A stretch of DNA of 64,000 nucleotides from a virus: positions 3,689 to 67,688 of the IMG/VR virus record IMGVR_UViG_3300042447_000151. One strand, given 5' to 3'. This document shows positions 17,392 through 25,700 of this stretch, in pieces; positions within the stretch are counted from its first letter, which is position 1; each line of letters begins with the position of its first letter. The notes under the pieces were generated by a model, which saw only the letters and a list, made by a program, of their open reading frames with translations, was not told the DNA's origin and ran no database searches. The position numbers were made by a program, and so were the translations under genes.

Positions 17392-18089
17392 GTTTGTAGT
17401 GCCGTTGCAGTACAAAGGCAAAGCAATAGAGTTTTTTTTATATATCAAAATAATTTCGTGGAATTTGTGTAGAAAATTTGTAGAAAAAAATAGGGCATTT
17501 CCAGTAAAATTCTAGGAAAAATTATATCAAAAATGGCGATTCGTAGATCCCAGGGGCGATAAGGATTTGAATAATGCAAAGAAAAATTATTTTTTTGTGG
17601 TAACAATTGTAAGGGAAAAATAGGGGAAAATTTAAAAAGATTTTAAAAAAGTGTGATGTTTTGGCGAGGGTAAAGAGGCACGTTATCGCGTTCGATTTGT
17701 GCAAAATTTTTGAGCCCCGAAAAAAGATCCATGAAATGCAATGGAAAAACATTTAGATATCTATCTAATTGATTCGGTGTGCAAGGCCAAAACAATACAC
17801 GGCCTCGGCATCGGCCTTAGATATTTAGGCAAATGTCTAATTAGCAAGCGGGCTAATTAAATCCAAATGAGCAGGCCACCACGTGGCACGTAACGCCACC
17901 GAGAAAAAGCCAAAAATCCCCCGCAAAAAGTCCGAAAACATACCCCCCTAGGTCGATCCCGGCCGTTTTCCTTTCGAGGCCCGGCGGTTAGGATGGGGCT
18001 GTTACCCTCAACCCCTATATATGACATATTCTTTTTTACCTCCCAAAAAGCATTGCACTTTTCCAAGACGAATTGTACTATTTGTAAAG

Positions 18090-18295
18090 TTGTACACAAA
18101 CGATGTTGAATTGTGTACACTTTTTTTTAAAGTTTACATTTATAACTTATTGATATATAGTTATTTATATATTTTATTATTAGATTATGTATAAAATGAA
18201 CAAAATATAAAGGAAAATTAGAAAAATTTTTTTTTCTCTAAAATAAAAAAATATTATTTACGTAATGGGGGGTAAAGTTCTACATTTGTACACAA
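18090..18295. repeat. Origin-like element copy 2
   Basis: TTGTACACA 18090 and 18286, IHF-like site 18143-18155, 23/25 match to 7921-7945, CATTTGTACACAA identical to 8018-8030. Confidence 0.65.
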
Positions 18296-18315
18296 ACAAA
18301 TTTGTGGCATGATAG

Positions 18316-18346
18316 TTGTTTGGTGTTACTATTGTATATAAATTTG
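18316..18346 (+). promoter_or_regulatory. Bacteroidota-type promoter for groEL
   Basis: TTG at 18316, 20-nt spacer, TAAATTTG at 18339-18346; ATG at 18365. Confidence 0.65.
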
Positions 18347-18364
18347 TAACAAATAAAATCTAAC

Positions 18365-19921
18365 ATGATAGTAAAAGATATCGTCTTCGGAAGTGAAGGC
18401 AGACAGAAATTAATCAAAGGCGTAAATACCATAGCTAACGCTGTGGGCTCAACACTAGGAGCTCGTGGTCGCACGGTGCTCATTGAGTCGGAGCAACACA
18501 TTGGGGGTATCACGGTCACTAAGGATGGAGTGACGGTCGCTAAGTCAATTAACTTAATGGACCCAGCTGAGAACCTAGCGGTCATGATCATGCGAGAAGC
18601 ATCTGAGAAGACTGCCAACTCGGCAGGCGATGGCACGACGACTAGTATGGTGCTGGCACAAGCCATCATCCATGCGGCAACAGGGGTGCTAACTAAAGAA
18701 GACAATACCACACAAGTATTAAGAGATGTGCAGGCTGCAGCATTGCGTGTCGCAGATGAGCTGACGGCTATGTCAACAGAGATTACATCAGATAAGTTGG
18801 TCGATGTCGCAACTATATCCGCTAATGGCGACGCAGAGATTGGACAGATTATCGCTGATGCGTACAATCAAGTTGGTCTATCAGGCGTGGTGACAGTAGA
18901 GAGTTCTGCTACCGCTGAGACATACGCTGAGGTGGTGAGCGGGATGAAGGTGGACAGAGGGTTTGCAAGTAAGTACTTTGTAACAGACCACAAGAAACAA
19001 GAGGCCATCTTAGATAAGCCATACATATTGGTCACTGACCAACCCATTACAAACATCAACGACATCTTGCCTATTCTTGAGTTTATACACCAGGGCAGAG
19101 GCTCGCTATTGATCATTGGTGAGTTGGATGAGAATGCGCTAAATACTCTTAACGTGAACAAGATAAAGAGTGGTCTAAAGGTGTGCACAATTATCCCCCC
19201 ATCATTTGGCTACAAGCGTCATCAGATCATGCAGGACATAGCAATTGCGACGGGTGCTAAGTACTTCTCGGAGCAGACTGGTGACAACTTGCTAATGGCG
19301 ACCATTGACGACTGTGGACGGGCTAGTAAGATTGTCAGCTCTCGCTTCAATACAATTATCTTCGATGCAGAGGGTGCAGGCGAGGAGAGAGTGCAAGAGC
19401 TACACGAGCAGTTAGACGTGGAGACAAGTGCAATCGAGAAAGAATTCTTAAAAGAACGCATCGCTAATCTAGGCGGTGGCGTGGGTGTCATTAAGGTGGG
19501 TGCTAACTCAGACATTGAGCAGAAAGAGAAGAAGGACCGGGTGGACGATGCGGTGTGTGCAGTACGTGCAGCACTAGAAGAGGGCATCCTGCCAGGTGGT
19601 GGGGTGGCTCTAAAAGACATCGCTGCTAAGATGGATGAGAATAACAAAGGTGATGAGATACTGCGACTAGCGATGGTGGCACCAATGATGCGCATACTAG
19701 CTAACGCTGGGATCGACGTGACTGGTGAAGACTTTGACCAGGGACAACAGTTGTCAAAAGAGGGACTAGGCATAAACGTTGCAACAGGGGCCTACTGCCA
19801 CATGATGAGCGTTGGGATCATTGACCCGACCAAGGTGACTAAAGAAGCACTAAAGAACGCGGTGTCAGTAGCAACTACATTGCTATCCACAGAGACGGTT
19901 ATCACTAACATTCGTGCATAA
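18365..19921 (+). CDS. groEL: Phage-encoded chaperonin GroEL
   Basis: TLGARGR, TKDGVTVAKSI, AGDGTTT, ATISANGD, ERIANLGGGVGVIKVGA, KDRVDDAV.A.RAALEEGI.PGGG, GIIDPTKVT; no GGM tail. Confidence 0.97.
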   Translation: MIVKDIVFGSEGRQKLIKGVNTIANAVGSTLGARGRTVLIESEQHIGGITVTKDGVTVAKSINLMDPAENLAVMIMREASEKTANSAGDGTTTSMVLAQAIIHAATGVLTKEDNTTQVLRDVQAAALRVADELTAMSTEITSDKLVDVATISANGDAEIGQIIADAYNQVGLSGVVTVESSATAETYAEVVSGMKVDRGFASKYFVTDHKKQEAILDKPYILVTDQPITNINDILPILEFIHQGRGSLLIIGELDENALNTLNVNKIKSGLKVCTIIPPSFGYKRHQIMQDIAIATGAKYFSEQTGDNLLMATIDDCGRASKIVSSRFNTIIFDAEGAGEERVQELHEQLDVETSAIEKEFLKERIANLGGGVGVIKVGANSDIEQKEKKDRVDDAVCAVRAALEEGILPGGGVALKDIAAKMDENNKGDEILRLAMVAPMMRILANAGIDVTGEDFDQGQQLSKEGLGINVATGAYCHMMSVGIIDPTKVTKEALKNAVSVATTLLSTETVITNIRA

Positions 19922-20125
19922 TATAGTTTACAAATTCGGTAGTAATACTACTGATAATCACAAAAATCCAAACCAATATGGTGAGGTAAATGACAAAAAT
20001 ACAAACCGATAGTGTATATTAGTAATGCACATTATTGACGAAACTTGTAAAAAAGTGTAAGTTCTGATAATAAGGTTAAATAAAATTTACAAATTTGTAA
20101 AGAAATCTAAAATATAATTAATGTT

Positions 20126-20383
20126 ATGAAGGTAATTGGAAAGAATATTCTAATAGTCCCAATGGAAGAGGACACAAAATCAAAAGGTGGGCTTATTATG
20201 TCCGCATCGGACGTAAATGAGCTACGCTACAAGAAAGCAACTGTGGTATCACAAGGCTCGCTAGTAGATGGCATCAAACCAGGCTCATTTATCTACTTCG
20301 ACCGTGCAGCTGGCCACAGCATTCGCATCAATGAGGACCTATATACGGTCATCACTGAGAAAGATGTGGTAGTAGTATTGTAA
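20126..20383 (+). CDS. groES: Co-chaperonin GroES
   Basis: TKSKGGLIM mobile loop, ATVVSQG..VDGIKPG, VITEKDVVVVL; follows groEL. Confidence 0.85.
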   Translation: MKVIGKNILIVPMEEDTKSKGGLIMSASDVNELRYKKATVVSQGSLVDGIKPGSFIYFDRAAGHSIRINEDLYTVITEKDVVVVL

Positions 20384-20399
20384 ACTAAAATTTAATAAA

Positions 20400-20516
20400 A
20401 TGAAACTAATTGTAAAGCAAGGTTACTATGAGTCAGACAACTTATGGTCTTTAATTATCGAAGTTTTAAAACACAGAACGTGGCATTTTTTCAAACACGG
20501 TAAGTGGATGGATTAA
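20400..20516 (+). CDS. Small hypothetical protein
   Basis: Hand-translated 38 aa MKLIVKQGYYESDNLWSLIIEVLKHRTWHFFKHGKWMD. Confidence 0.5.
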   Translation: MKLIVKQGYYESDNLWSLIIEVLKHRTWHFFKHGKWMD

Positions 20517-21019
20517 AAGTTCTTATTAGCACGCTCAATGACCCTGTCATATTGCCTTTTGGCAAAGTGATGGGGTTTATTGTTAATAGGCTTGATGTCA
20601 GATAGCTTTGGTATCTCTCTTTCTCCCTGTAACATCTCATAAACTTGCTTCATTAGCGATTTTGCCTTGTATGACAGCTCAAAAATAGCCCTTTGGCCGG
20701 GTTTTGGCTTCCTAAAGTGTATAATTAAGCCTTTCTCCATCAAATCTCTCTTGCGATCCTGCGTAAATCCAAAGATTTGAGCGTATTGGTCGAACTGATG
20801 GTTGTCAAATACGTGTTCAGAATACAAATAGCACAGCATCTCAAAATCTTCTATGCTTAATCCGTGCTTATGACGCACCCATGCACGCACTACTTTGATG
20901 TATTTAAGAAAGTCTTTGTCAACTTCTGGGCGTATAGCTACAATTGGTTTCTTCTTGTATACACGCACCTTGATGGCCTTAGACTTTATCGCCCTAGGCT
21001 TCATATATGTTTTGATCAT
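20513..21019 (-). CDS. Winged-helix (MarR-like) DNA-binding protein
   Basis: GLSIEDFEMLCYL...LMEKGLI...IFELSYKAK pattern; own TAATTTTG promoter at 21039-21046 (minus). Confidence 0.55.
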   Translation of the reverse strand: MIKTYMKPRAIKSKAIKVRVYKKKPIVAIRPEVDKDFLKYIKVVRAWVRHKHGLSIEDFEMLCYLYSEHVFDNHQFDQYAQIFGFTQDRKRDLMEKGLIIHFRKPKPGQRAIFELSYKAKSLMKQVYEMLQGEREIPKLSDIKPINNKPHHFAKRQYDRVIERANKNF

Positions 21020-21038
21020 TAGATTAAATTTAATATTA

Positions 21039-21056
21039 CAAAATTACTTATCTTTG
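21039..21056. promoter_or_regulatory. Back-to-back divergent TAnnTTTG promoters
   Basis: Minus TAATTTTG 21039-21046; plus TATCTTTG 21049-21056. Confidence 0.6.
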
Positions 21057-21075
21057 CCAAATAATACTACATAAC

Positions 21076-21390
21076 ATGGAAAAGCCAAAAACAACAAAAA
21101 AATTAAAGCCGGGTCAAATTACTGCTGAACGTGCTTACCAATTATCAGATTCTTTAGCAAAAGCAAGTGCAAGACCAGTTAGATTTGGTTCTGCTCAACA
21201 AGCTAAATCAGACCTTAGATCTAAAGAAGCAGATAGACTTAAGTCTCAAATGCTAAAGAAGAGAGCTGACGAAGCTATCAAAAAATCAGGTGGAGTTATT
21301 CGTGAATACCGCATGGATGTATCATCTGCTAATAAGGCAGTAGGCCGTGATATGCCACTTCCTCCATCTTCTCAATTATTTGACGCTTAA
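21076..21390 (+). CDS. Basic hypothetical protein
   Basis: K/R-rich, C-terminal RDMPLPPSSQLF. Confidence 0.65.
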   Translation: MEKPKTTKKLKPGQITAERAYQLSDSLAKASARPVRFGSAQQAKSDLRSKEADRLKSQMLKKRADEAIKKSGGVIREYRMDVSSANKAVGRDMPLPPSSQLFDA

Positions 21391-21394
21391 TAAT

Positions 21395-21715
21395 ATGGCA
21401 AAGCAAAAATCAAAAAATTTAATTCCCGTAGATGACTTGAAGAAAGTTGTTGGCGGAATGCGTCGTGGCATGACTGAGCGTGAGGACGAGCGTACAATGC
21501 TACAAAAGAATCGTAATATCGGCTTACCAGCAGCACAAGATAAAGATGCTGCTCAACGCATCAAGCGTATTCGCCAAGAAAATAGTTACTATGGTGGAGT
21601 TGCAGACCGTTACCAAGGTATCATTGACAAAGCACCTAGAGTGACAATTAAGCGCGACGTACCACTTCCTTCGTCAGAAGGGTTATTTTCTAAAATAAAA
21701 AACTGGTTCGAATAA
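21395..21715 (+). CDS. Basic hypothetical protein
   Basis: Start MAKQK at 21395; C-terminal RDVPLPSSEGLF. Confidence 0.65.
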   Translation: MAKQKSKNLIPVDDLKKVVGGMRRGMTEREDERTMLQKNRNIGLPAAQDKDAAQRIKRIRQENSYYGGVADRYQGIIDKAPRVTIKRDVPLPSSEGLFSKIKNWFE

Positions 21716-21716
21716 T

Positions 21717-21857
21717 ATGAAAAAGCAAGAAAAAACACCAATGACAAAGCCAATGCCTAAGACAATGACAGGTATTGCAAAAGTTGCAGCTGCTAAGAAA
21801 GCGATGAAGGCTGAAAAAATGATGAAAGCTGCTAAAGCTGTCAAAAAAATGATGTAA
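21717..21857 (+). CDS. Small K/M/A-rich basic protein
   Basis: Hand-translated 46 aa MKKQEKTPMTKPMPK...KAAKAVKKMM. Confidence 0.55.
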   Translation: MKKQEKTPMTKPMPKTMTGIAKVAAAKKAMKAEKMMKAAKAVKKMM

Positions 21858-21858
21858 T

Positions 21859-22059
21859 ATGCAAGGCTTAGGAGACGTAGTCGCCAAAGTTACGCAGGTA
21901 ACAGGTATTGCAGCCGCTGTTAAAGCCATAGTAGGTGATGACTGCGGCTGTGCTGCTAGAAAGGAACGCATGAACGCAATGTTCCCATTCCAAACAGGCA
22001 AGGATCAGTATTATACAGAAAAAATAAAGCATGGCAAAGACAGCAGCTTGGACACGTAA
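21859..22059 (+). CDS. Conserved small phage protein
   Basis: GLGDVVAKVT..TGI...V......DCGC..RKE.MN..FP motif. Confidence 0.7.
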   Translation: MQGLGDVVAKVTQVTGIAAAVKAIVGDDCGCAARKERMNAMFPFQTGKDQYYTEKIKHGKDSSLDT

Positions 22060-22303
22060 AGAAGGCAAGGACCCAAAGGGCGGGCTTAACGCCAAAGGTG
22101 TAGCATCATACAGACGTGAGAACCCAGGAAGTAAACTGCAGACTGCAGTGACTACTCCTCCGTCAAAATTAAAGCCGGGTAGCAAAGATGCTAATCGCAG
22201 AAAGTCTTTCTGTGCTAGAATGTCCGGCATGCCTGGACCAATGAAGAAGCCAAATGGCGAACCAACAAGAAAAGCATTATCATTAAGAAAATGGAACTGT
22301 TAA
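22031..22303 (+). CDS. DUF6321-like basic phage protein
   Basis: AWTRKEGK.PKGGLNAKG.ASY...RRKSFCARM.GM...LRKWNC. Confidence 0.75.
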   Translation: MAKTAAWTRKEGKDPKGGLNAKGVASYRRENPGSKLQTAVTTPPSKLKPGSKDANRRKSFCARMSGMPGPMKKPNGEPTRKALSLRKWNC

Positions 22304-22440
22304 AAAGAAAAGACGGGTCAAAGTCTCGTCGTGGCTTATGGGATAATATCCGTGAGAACAAAGGCTCAGGCAAGAAGCCTACCAAAGAGATGCTAAGGCA
22401 AGAAAAGAAGATTGTTGCTAAAGAAAAGAAAAAGAAATAA
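22291..22440 (+). CDS. Small basic protein
   Basis: Hand-translated 49 aa MELLKRKDGSKSRRGLWDNIRENKG...KEKKKK; TAATG-coupled. Confidence 0.6.
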   Translation: MELLKRKDGSKSRRGLWDNIRENKGSGKKPTKEMLRQEKKIVAKEKKKK

Positions 22441-22718
22441 TGGCAGGACGCACATCTGAATATTATAAAAAAAATCCAGAGGCTAGAGCTAAACGCTTAG
22501 CTTATCAGGCTAAGTACAATCAGCGACCCGAGCAACTACAGAAACGCATTGAGCTAAACAAGATCAATCGTGATCGTGGGCAGTATGGCGATGGCGATGG
22601 TAAAGATATGAGCCACAAAAAGAACGGTCGTGTGGTAGAAGAATCTGCTAGTAAAAACCGTGGTTCAAAGTCAAATACAGCAGGCGATAGACGTGCTCGT
22701 GGAGGCAAAAAAAAATAA
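22440..22718 (+). CDS. Basic protein with degenerate HNH-like motif
   Basis: GDGKDMSHKKNG.....SASKNR. Confidence 0.55.
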   Translation: MAGRTSEYYKKNPEARAKRLAYQAKYNQRPEQLQKRIELNKINRDRGQYGDGDGKDMSHKKNGRVVEESASKNRGSKSNTAGDRRARGGKKK

Positions 22719-22747
22719 TTAACTTTGTAATTCAAAAGATATAAATT

Positions 22748-22876
22748 ATGAAAAAGGTTAGCAAAAAAACAGCGTTTGACATCAAAGAAGCTAGTAATCA
22801 AAAATTGACAGCAAAGGCACGTAAGAACTACGCAGAGAATGCACAAGCTGCAATGAAAAATAAAAAGAAGAAATAA
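22748..22876 (+). CDS. Small basic protein
   Basis: Hand-translated 42 aa MKKVSKKTAFDIKEASNQKL...KNKKKK; TAACTTTG promoter at 22720-22727. Confidence 0.55.
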   Translation: MKKVSKKTAFDIKEASNQKLTAKARKNYAENAQAAMKNKKKK

Positions 22877-22877
22877 G

Positions 22878-23141
22878 ATGGGAGTTTTAAATTATGTACA
22901 GTCGGGGCGTGCTGCAGCAGTAACGCCATCCAACACCACTAACATTCCTAGCGTATCAGGAGGCACAAATGATGAGGGATGTATCCTTTACATCGGTGGA
23001 ACTGGTAACCTAAAGGTGTTAACTATTGGTGGCGATGAGGTTACATTCTTCGCAGTTCCAGCAGGTACAACCCTTCAAGTTCGTGTTAAAAGAGTTTTCT
23101 CTACAGGTACAGCAGCTACTAACATTGTTGCTCTTTGGTAA
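22878..23141 (+). CDS. Head spike base-like virion protein (RcGTA Rcc01079-like)
   Basis: AAAVTPS...LYIGGTGNL.V....G..VTF..VPAG..L.V.V.RV.STGT.AT.IVALW. Confidence 0.7.
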   Translation: MGVLNYVQSGRAAAVTPSNTTNIPSVSGGTNDEGCILYIGGTGNLKVLTIGGDEVTFFAVPAGTTLQVRVKRVFSTGTAATNIVALW

Positions 23142-23305
23142 TGACAGAAGACGACTTGAAAATAGGAGTACTTAATACGATAACACTTATGTTATCGTTC
23201 ACCACTATCGAGGCTAGTCTCCGTGTAGCACTATTGGCTGTGTCATTAGTCTACACTGGATTCAAGTTATATAAACTTATAAAAGAAAGAAAGAAATGGC
23301 TCTAA
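23141..23305 (+). CDS. Small two-TM protein, putative holin
   Basis: Hand-translated 54 aa, two hydrophobic stretches and basic tail; start of lysis cassette. Confidence 0.55.
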   Translation: MTEDDLKIGVLNTITLMLSFTTIEASLRVALLAVSLVYTGFKLYKLIKERKKWL

Positions 23306-23583
23306 TTGATTTATTTAAAGACGAGAACGATTTAAACGAGAAGTCTGTATTAGGATTCTTATCATTTGGTATCCTTGCTGTTTATGGTATTGTGGATGTT
23401 ATCACAGGATACATGGGTCAGCAATTTGTGATTGAGCCTATTATCTTAGAAGTATTTGCTGGTCTAACAGCAGGATGTTTTGGTATCGCAGCGTTCGAGA
23501 AAGTAAAGAACCGCCAAAACGAGACAGAAAGACAAAAAGCCTTAGGTGGCCAAATCGAACCATATGAAGAGTCTGAAGGTTAG
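23296..23583 (+). CDS. Two-TM membrane protein, putative holin/antiholin
   Basis: FKDENDLNEKSVLGFLSF, two TM segments, G.FGIA..EK. Confidence 0.6.
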   Translation: MALIDLFKDENDLNEKSVLGFLSFGILAVYGIVDVITGYMGQQFVIEPIILEVFAGLTAGCFGIAAFEKVKNRQNETERQKALGGQIEPYEESEG

Positions 23584-24178
23584 TATTATTATGTTTGTCA
23601 TCAGCATGGTGCTTCTAGTTCTCTTTATGAGAGAAAGAAGCAGAAATGCTGAGGTAAAGCCTAATGACACGATTACTGTTCATGATACTACTTGGAAGAG
23701 ATACGATTCAATAATCGTCAAGAAAGTACCCATTTACAAAGAAGTGATTGTAGAGGTGGCATCCAAACCAGAGATGCTACCTGATACAAACTATGCTCGC
23801 TTGAAAGAGCAGTACATGGCTCTATTAAAATTGTATATAAACAAAGTTGTTTACAAAGATACAATCAAGGTAGGCGAGTATGGGTACATTGCTGTCTTGG
23901 ACACAGTTAAAGAAAATAAAATAACATACAGACGCACACGTGATAATTTTAATATACCGGTTGTTAAGGAAACTAAAACTATTACTAAGTATGCACCACC
24001 AGTCCGTCAATTATATGTTGGAGGTGGCGTTATGGTTAACAATACCATTGGCATAAGAGGTGCAGAAGCTGGGCTGTTGTACAAGACTAAGAAAGATGCC
24101 ATTTATAATCTAAGTGCAAACATTGACATAAATGGCAATGTGATGTACGGTGTAAACTACTTCTATAAATTAAAGTAA
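23564..24178 (+). CDS. Membrane-anchored protein, spanin-like candidate
   Basis: N-terminal TM, DTITVHDT/YKDTI repeats, C-terminal amphipathic beta strands; precedes endolysin. Confidence 0.5.
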   Translation: MKSLKVSIIMFVISMVLLVLFMRERSRNAEVKPNDTITVHDTTWKRYDSIIVKKVPIYKEVIVEVASKPEMLPDTNYARLKEQYMALLKLYINKVVYKDTIKVGEYGYIAVLDTVKENKITYRRTRDNFNIPVVKETKTITKYAPPVRQLYVGGGVMVNNTIGIRGAEAGLLYKTKKDAIYNLSANIDINGNVMYGVNYFYKLK

Positions 24179-24179
24179 T

Positions 24180-25019
24180 ATGTTACTAAGAGTTGGATCA
24201 ACAGGGGACGATGTCAAGAAGCTCCAAGAGTTATTAGGAGTTGATGTGATTGGTAAGTTTGGGCCTAAGACAGAAGCCGCTGTAAAAGGATGGCAGTCTG
24301 CTAATGGCTTGACACCTGACGGTATAGTAGGACCTAATACTTGGGCAAAGATGTTTGCTCCTAAACAAGAAGCACCAACTCCTGCACCAGTTGCACAACC
24401 GGTAGTTCAGAATACTTCTTTTAAATTAGATAAACTAAAGGGTCATATCCCGCAAGCGGTAATTGATCAGATTCCTGATACAGCTGCTAGATTTGGAATA
24501 ACTAACACATTAAGACTTGCTCATTTCTTGGCCCAGTGTGGCCATGAGTCAGGAGGCTTTAGAGCAGTTCAAGAGAACTTAAACTATGGTGCAAAAGGCT
24601 TGCTTAGTATTTTTAAGAAATACTTTAAGACTATTGAGAAAGCAAAAGCATACGAACGCAAGCCTGAGAAGATTGCTAACTTAGTTTATGGTAACAGAAT
24701 GGGTAATGGTAGCGAAGCATCAGGAGACGGGTGGAAGCACCGTGGAAGAGGCTATATCCAGCTCACGGGTAAGGACAATTATGAAGCATTTGATGCCACA
24801 GTACCTGAAGACATTATGGCTAATCCAGACTTGGTTGCAACTAAATACGCACTTGCTTCGGCAGGGTTCTTCTTTAAGAAGAATAACCTATGGTCTATTT
24901 GCGATAGAGGTAGTTCTCCAGATGTTGTAACTTTGGTAACCAAACGGGTAAATGGCGGAACAATTGGGCTTGCCGATAGACAAAAACATTTTAAAGAATA
25001 CTATAACCTACTAAGCTAA
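24180..25019 (+). CDS. Endolysin: peptidoglycan-binding domain plus GH19 catalytic domain
   Basis: LRVGSTGDDVKKLQ...FGPKTEAAVKGWQ...DGIVGPNTW; AHFLAQCGHESGGF, ENLNY, RGRGYIQLTGKDNY, TKRVNGGTIGLADR. Confidence 0.95.
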   Translation: MLLRVGSTGDDVKKLQELLGVDVIGKFGPKTEAAVKGWQSANGLTPDGIVGPNTWAKMFAPKQEAPTPAPVAQPVVQNTSFKLDKLKGHIPQAVIDQIPDTAARFGITNTLRLAHFLAQCGHESGGFRAVQENLNYGAKGLLSIFKKYFKTIEKAKAYERKPEKIANLVYGNRMGNGSEASGDGWKHRGRGYIQLTGKDNYEAFDATVPEDIMANPDLVATKYALASAGFFFKKNNLWSICDRGSSPDVVTLVTKRVNGGTIGLADRQKHFKEYYNLLS

Positions 25020-25144
25020 TGGCAAAAGCAAAATCATCATCCGAAGCAAAGAAGATATCCTTCGGAGTACGTCGCAAAGGCAAACACGCTAAGACGTTGG
25101 GACCAAAAGACAAAAGAACTAAAAAATCACGAGGGCAAGGATAA
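25019..25144 (+). CDS. Small basic protein
   Basis: Hand-translated 41 aa ending RRKGKHAK...KKSRGQG. Confidence 0.55.
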   Translation: MAKAKSSSEAKKISFGVRRKGKHAKTLGPKDKRTKKSRGQG

Positions 25145-25160
25145 CTTGTCCTTTTATATT

Positions 25161-25700
25161 ATGAAAGGATTACTATTTATTGTATCGTGCATAGTTGCAA
25201 TTGGACTTAGCACACAAGGTTATTTTGTGTACTTGCATTTCTTTAATCCAGAGCTGGCTCGCAGTATTGTCTTACACAGCAACGAGAGTATTAACATCTC
25301 ATCTGTACAGAATAATGTACAGATTGGTGCACTAGCAGGCAACCGCAACCTAGAGTTTGGTGTGAAGGGGATGCTTGAAGAATATGTGGAGGAGAAAGAC
25401 TATGTTCTTAACCCATATGCTACAACAAAGATTGAGGTAGAGATATTATACCTAGATGTTACTAAGACTCAGTCTAATTTATCTGTGTTCCATCGCAATA
25501 GTGACGCTGTGGTTATCCGCATGCGTGGAAAGCTAATCAAAGATGGAAAAGTTAAGAAAACAATTATAGCACAAGAATCTGCACAGGAAGTATCAATGTC
25601 TACGTTGCTAATAGACGAAGGAGGTAAATTTAATCAAACAAACTTGAGTTCGGCTTTAAAGAAAACTTGTAACACTTTGATTAATAAACTTCTAGAATGA
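25161..25700 (+). CDS. Membrane-anchored CsgG/LptE-fold-like protein (paralog of 28098-28805)
   Basis: N-terminal hydrophobic segment; FGVKGMLEEYV and STLL.D..KFNQ...ALKK align with the CsgG-like ORF. Confidence 0.5.
   Translation: MKGLLFIVSCIVAIGLSTQGYFVYLHFFNPELARSIVLHSNESINISSVQNNVQIGALAGNRNLEFGVKGMLEEYVEEKDYVLNPYATTKIEVEILYLDVTKTQSNLSVFHRNSDAVVIRMRGKLIKDGKVKKTIIAQESAQEVSMSTLLIDEGGKFNQTNLSSALKKTCNTLINKLLE

Noticed and set aside
17522-18120. ORFs 17522-17752 and 17857-18120
   Set aside because: Low-complexity translations of the non-coding switch region and origin-like element, with poor start context
18280-19773. Long antisense ORFs (195, 106, 183 aa) opposite groEL
   Set aside because: Typical antisense shadows of a codon-biased chaperonin gene
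19922-20125. 200-bp groEL-groES spacer with small hairpins (CGGTAGTA-A-TACTACTG)
   Set aside because: AT-rich with weak stems, no CIRCE consensus and no second copy seen; insufficient support
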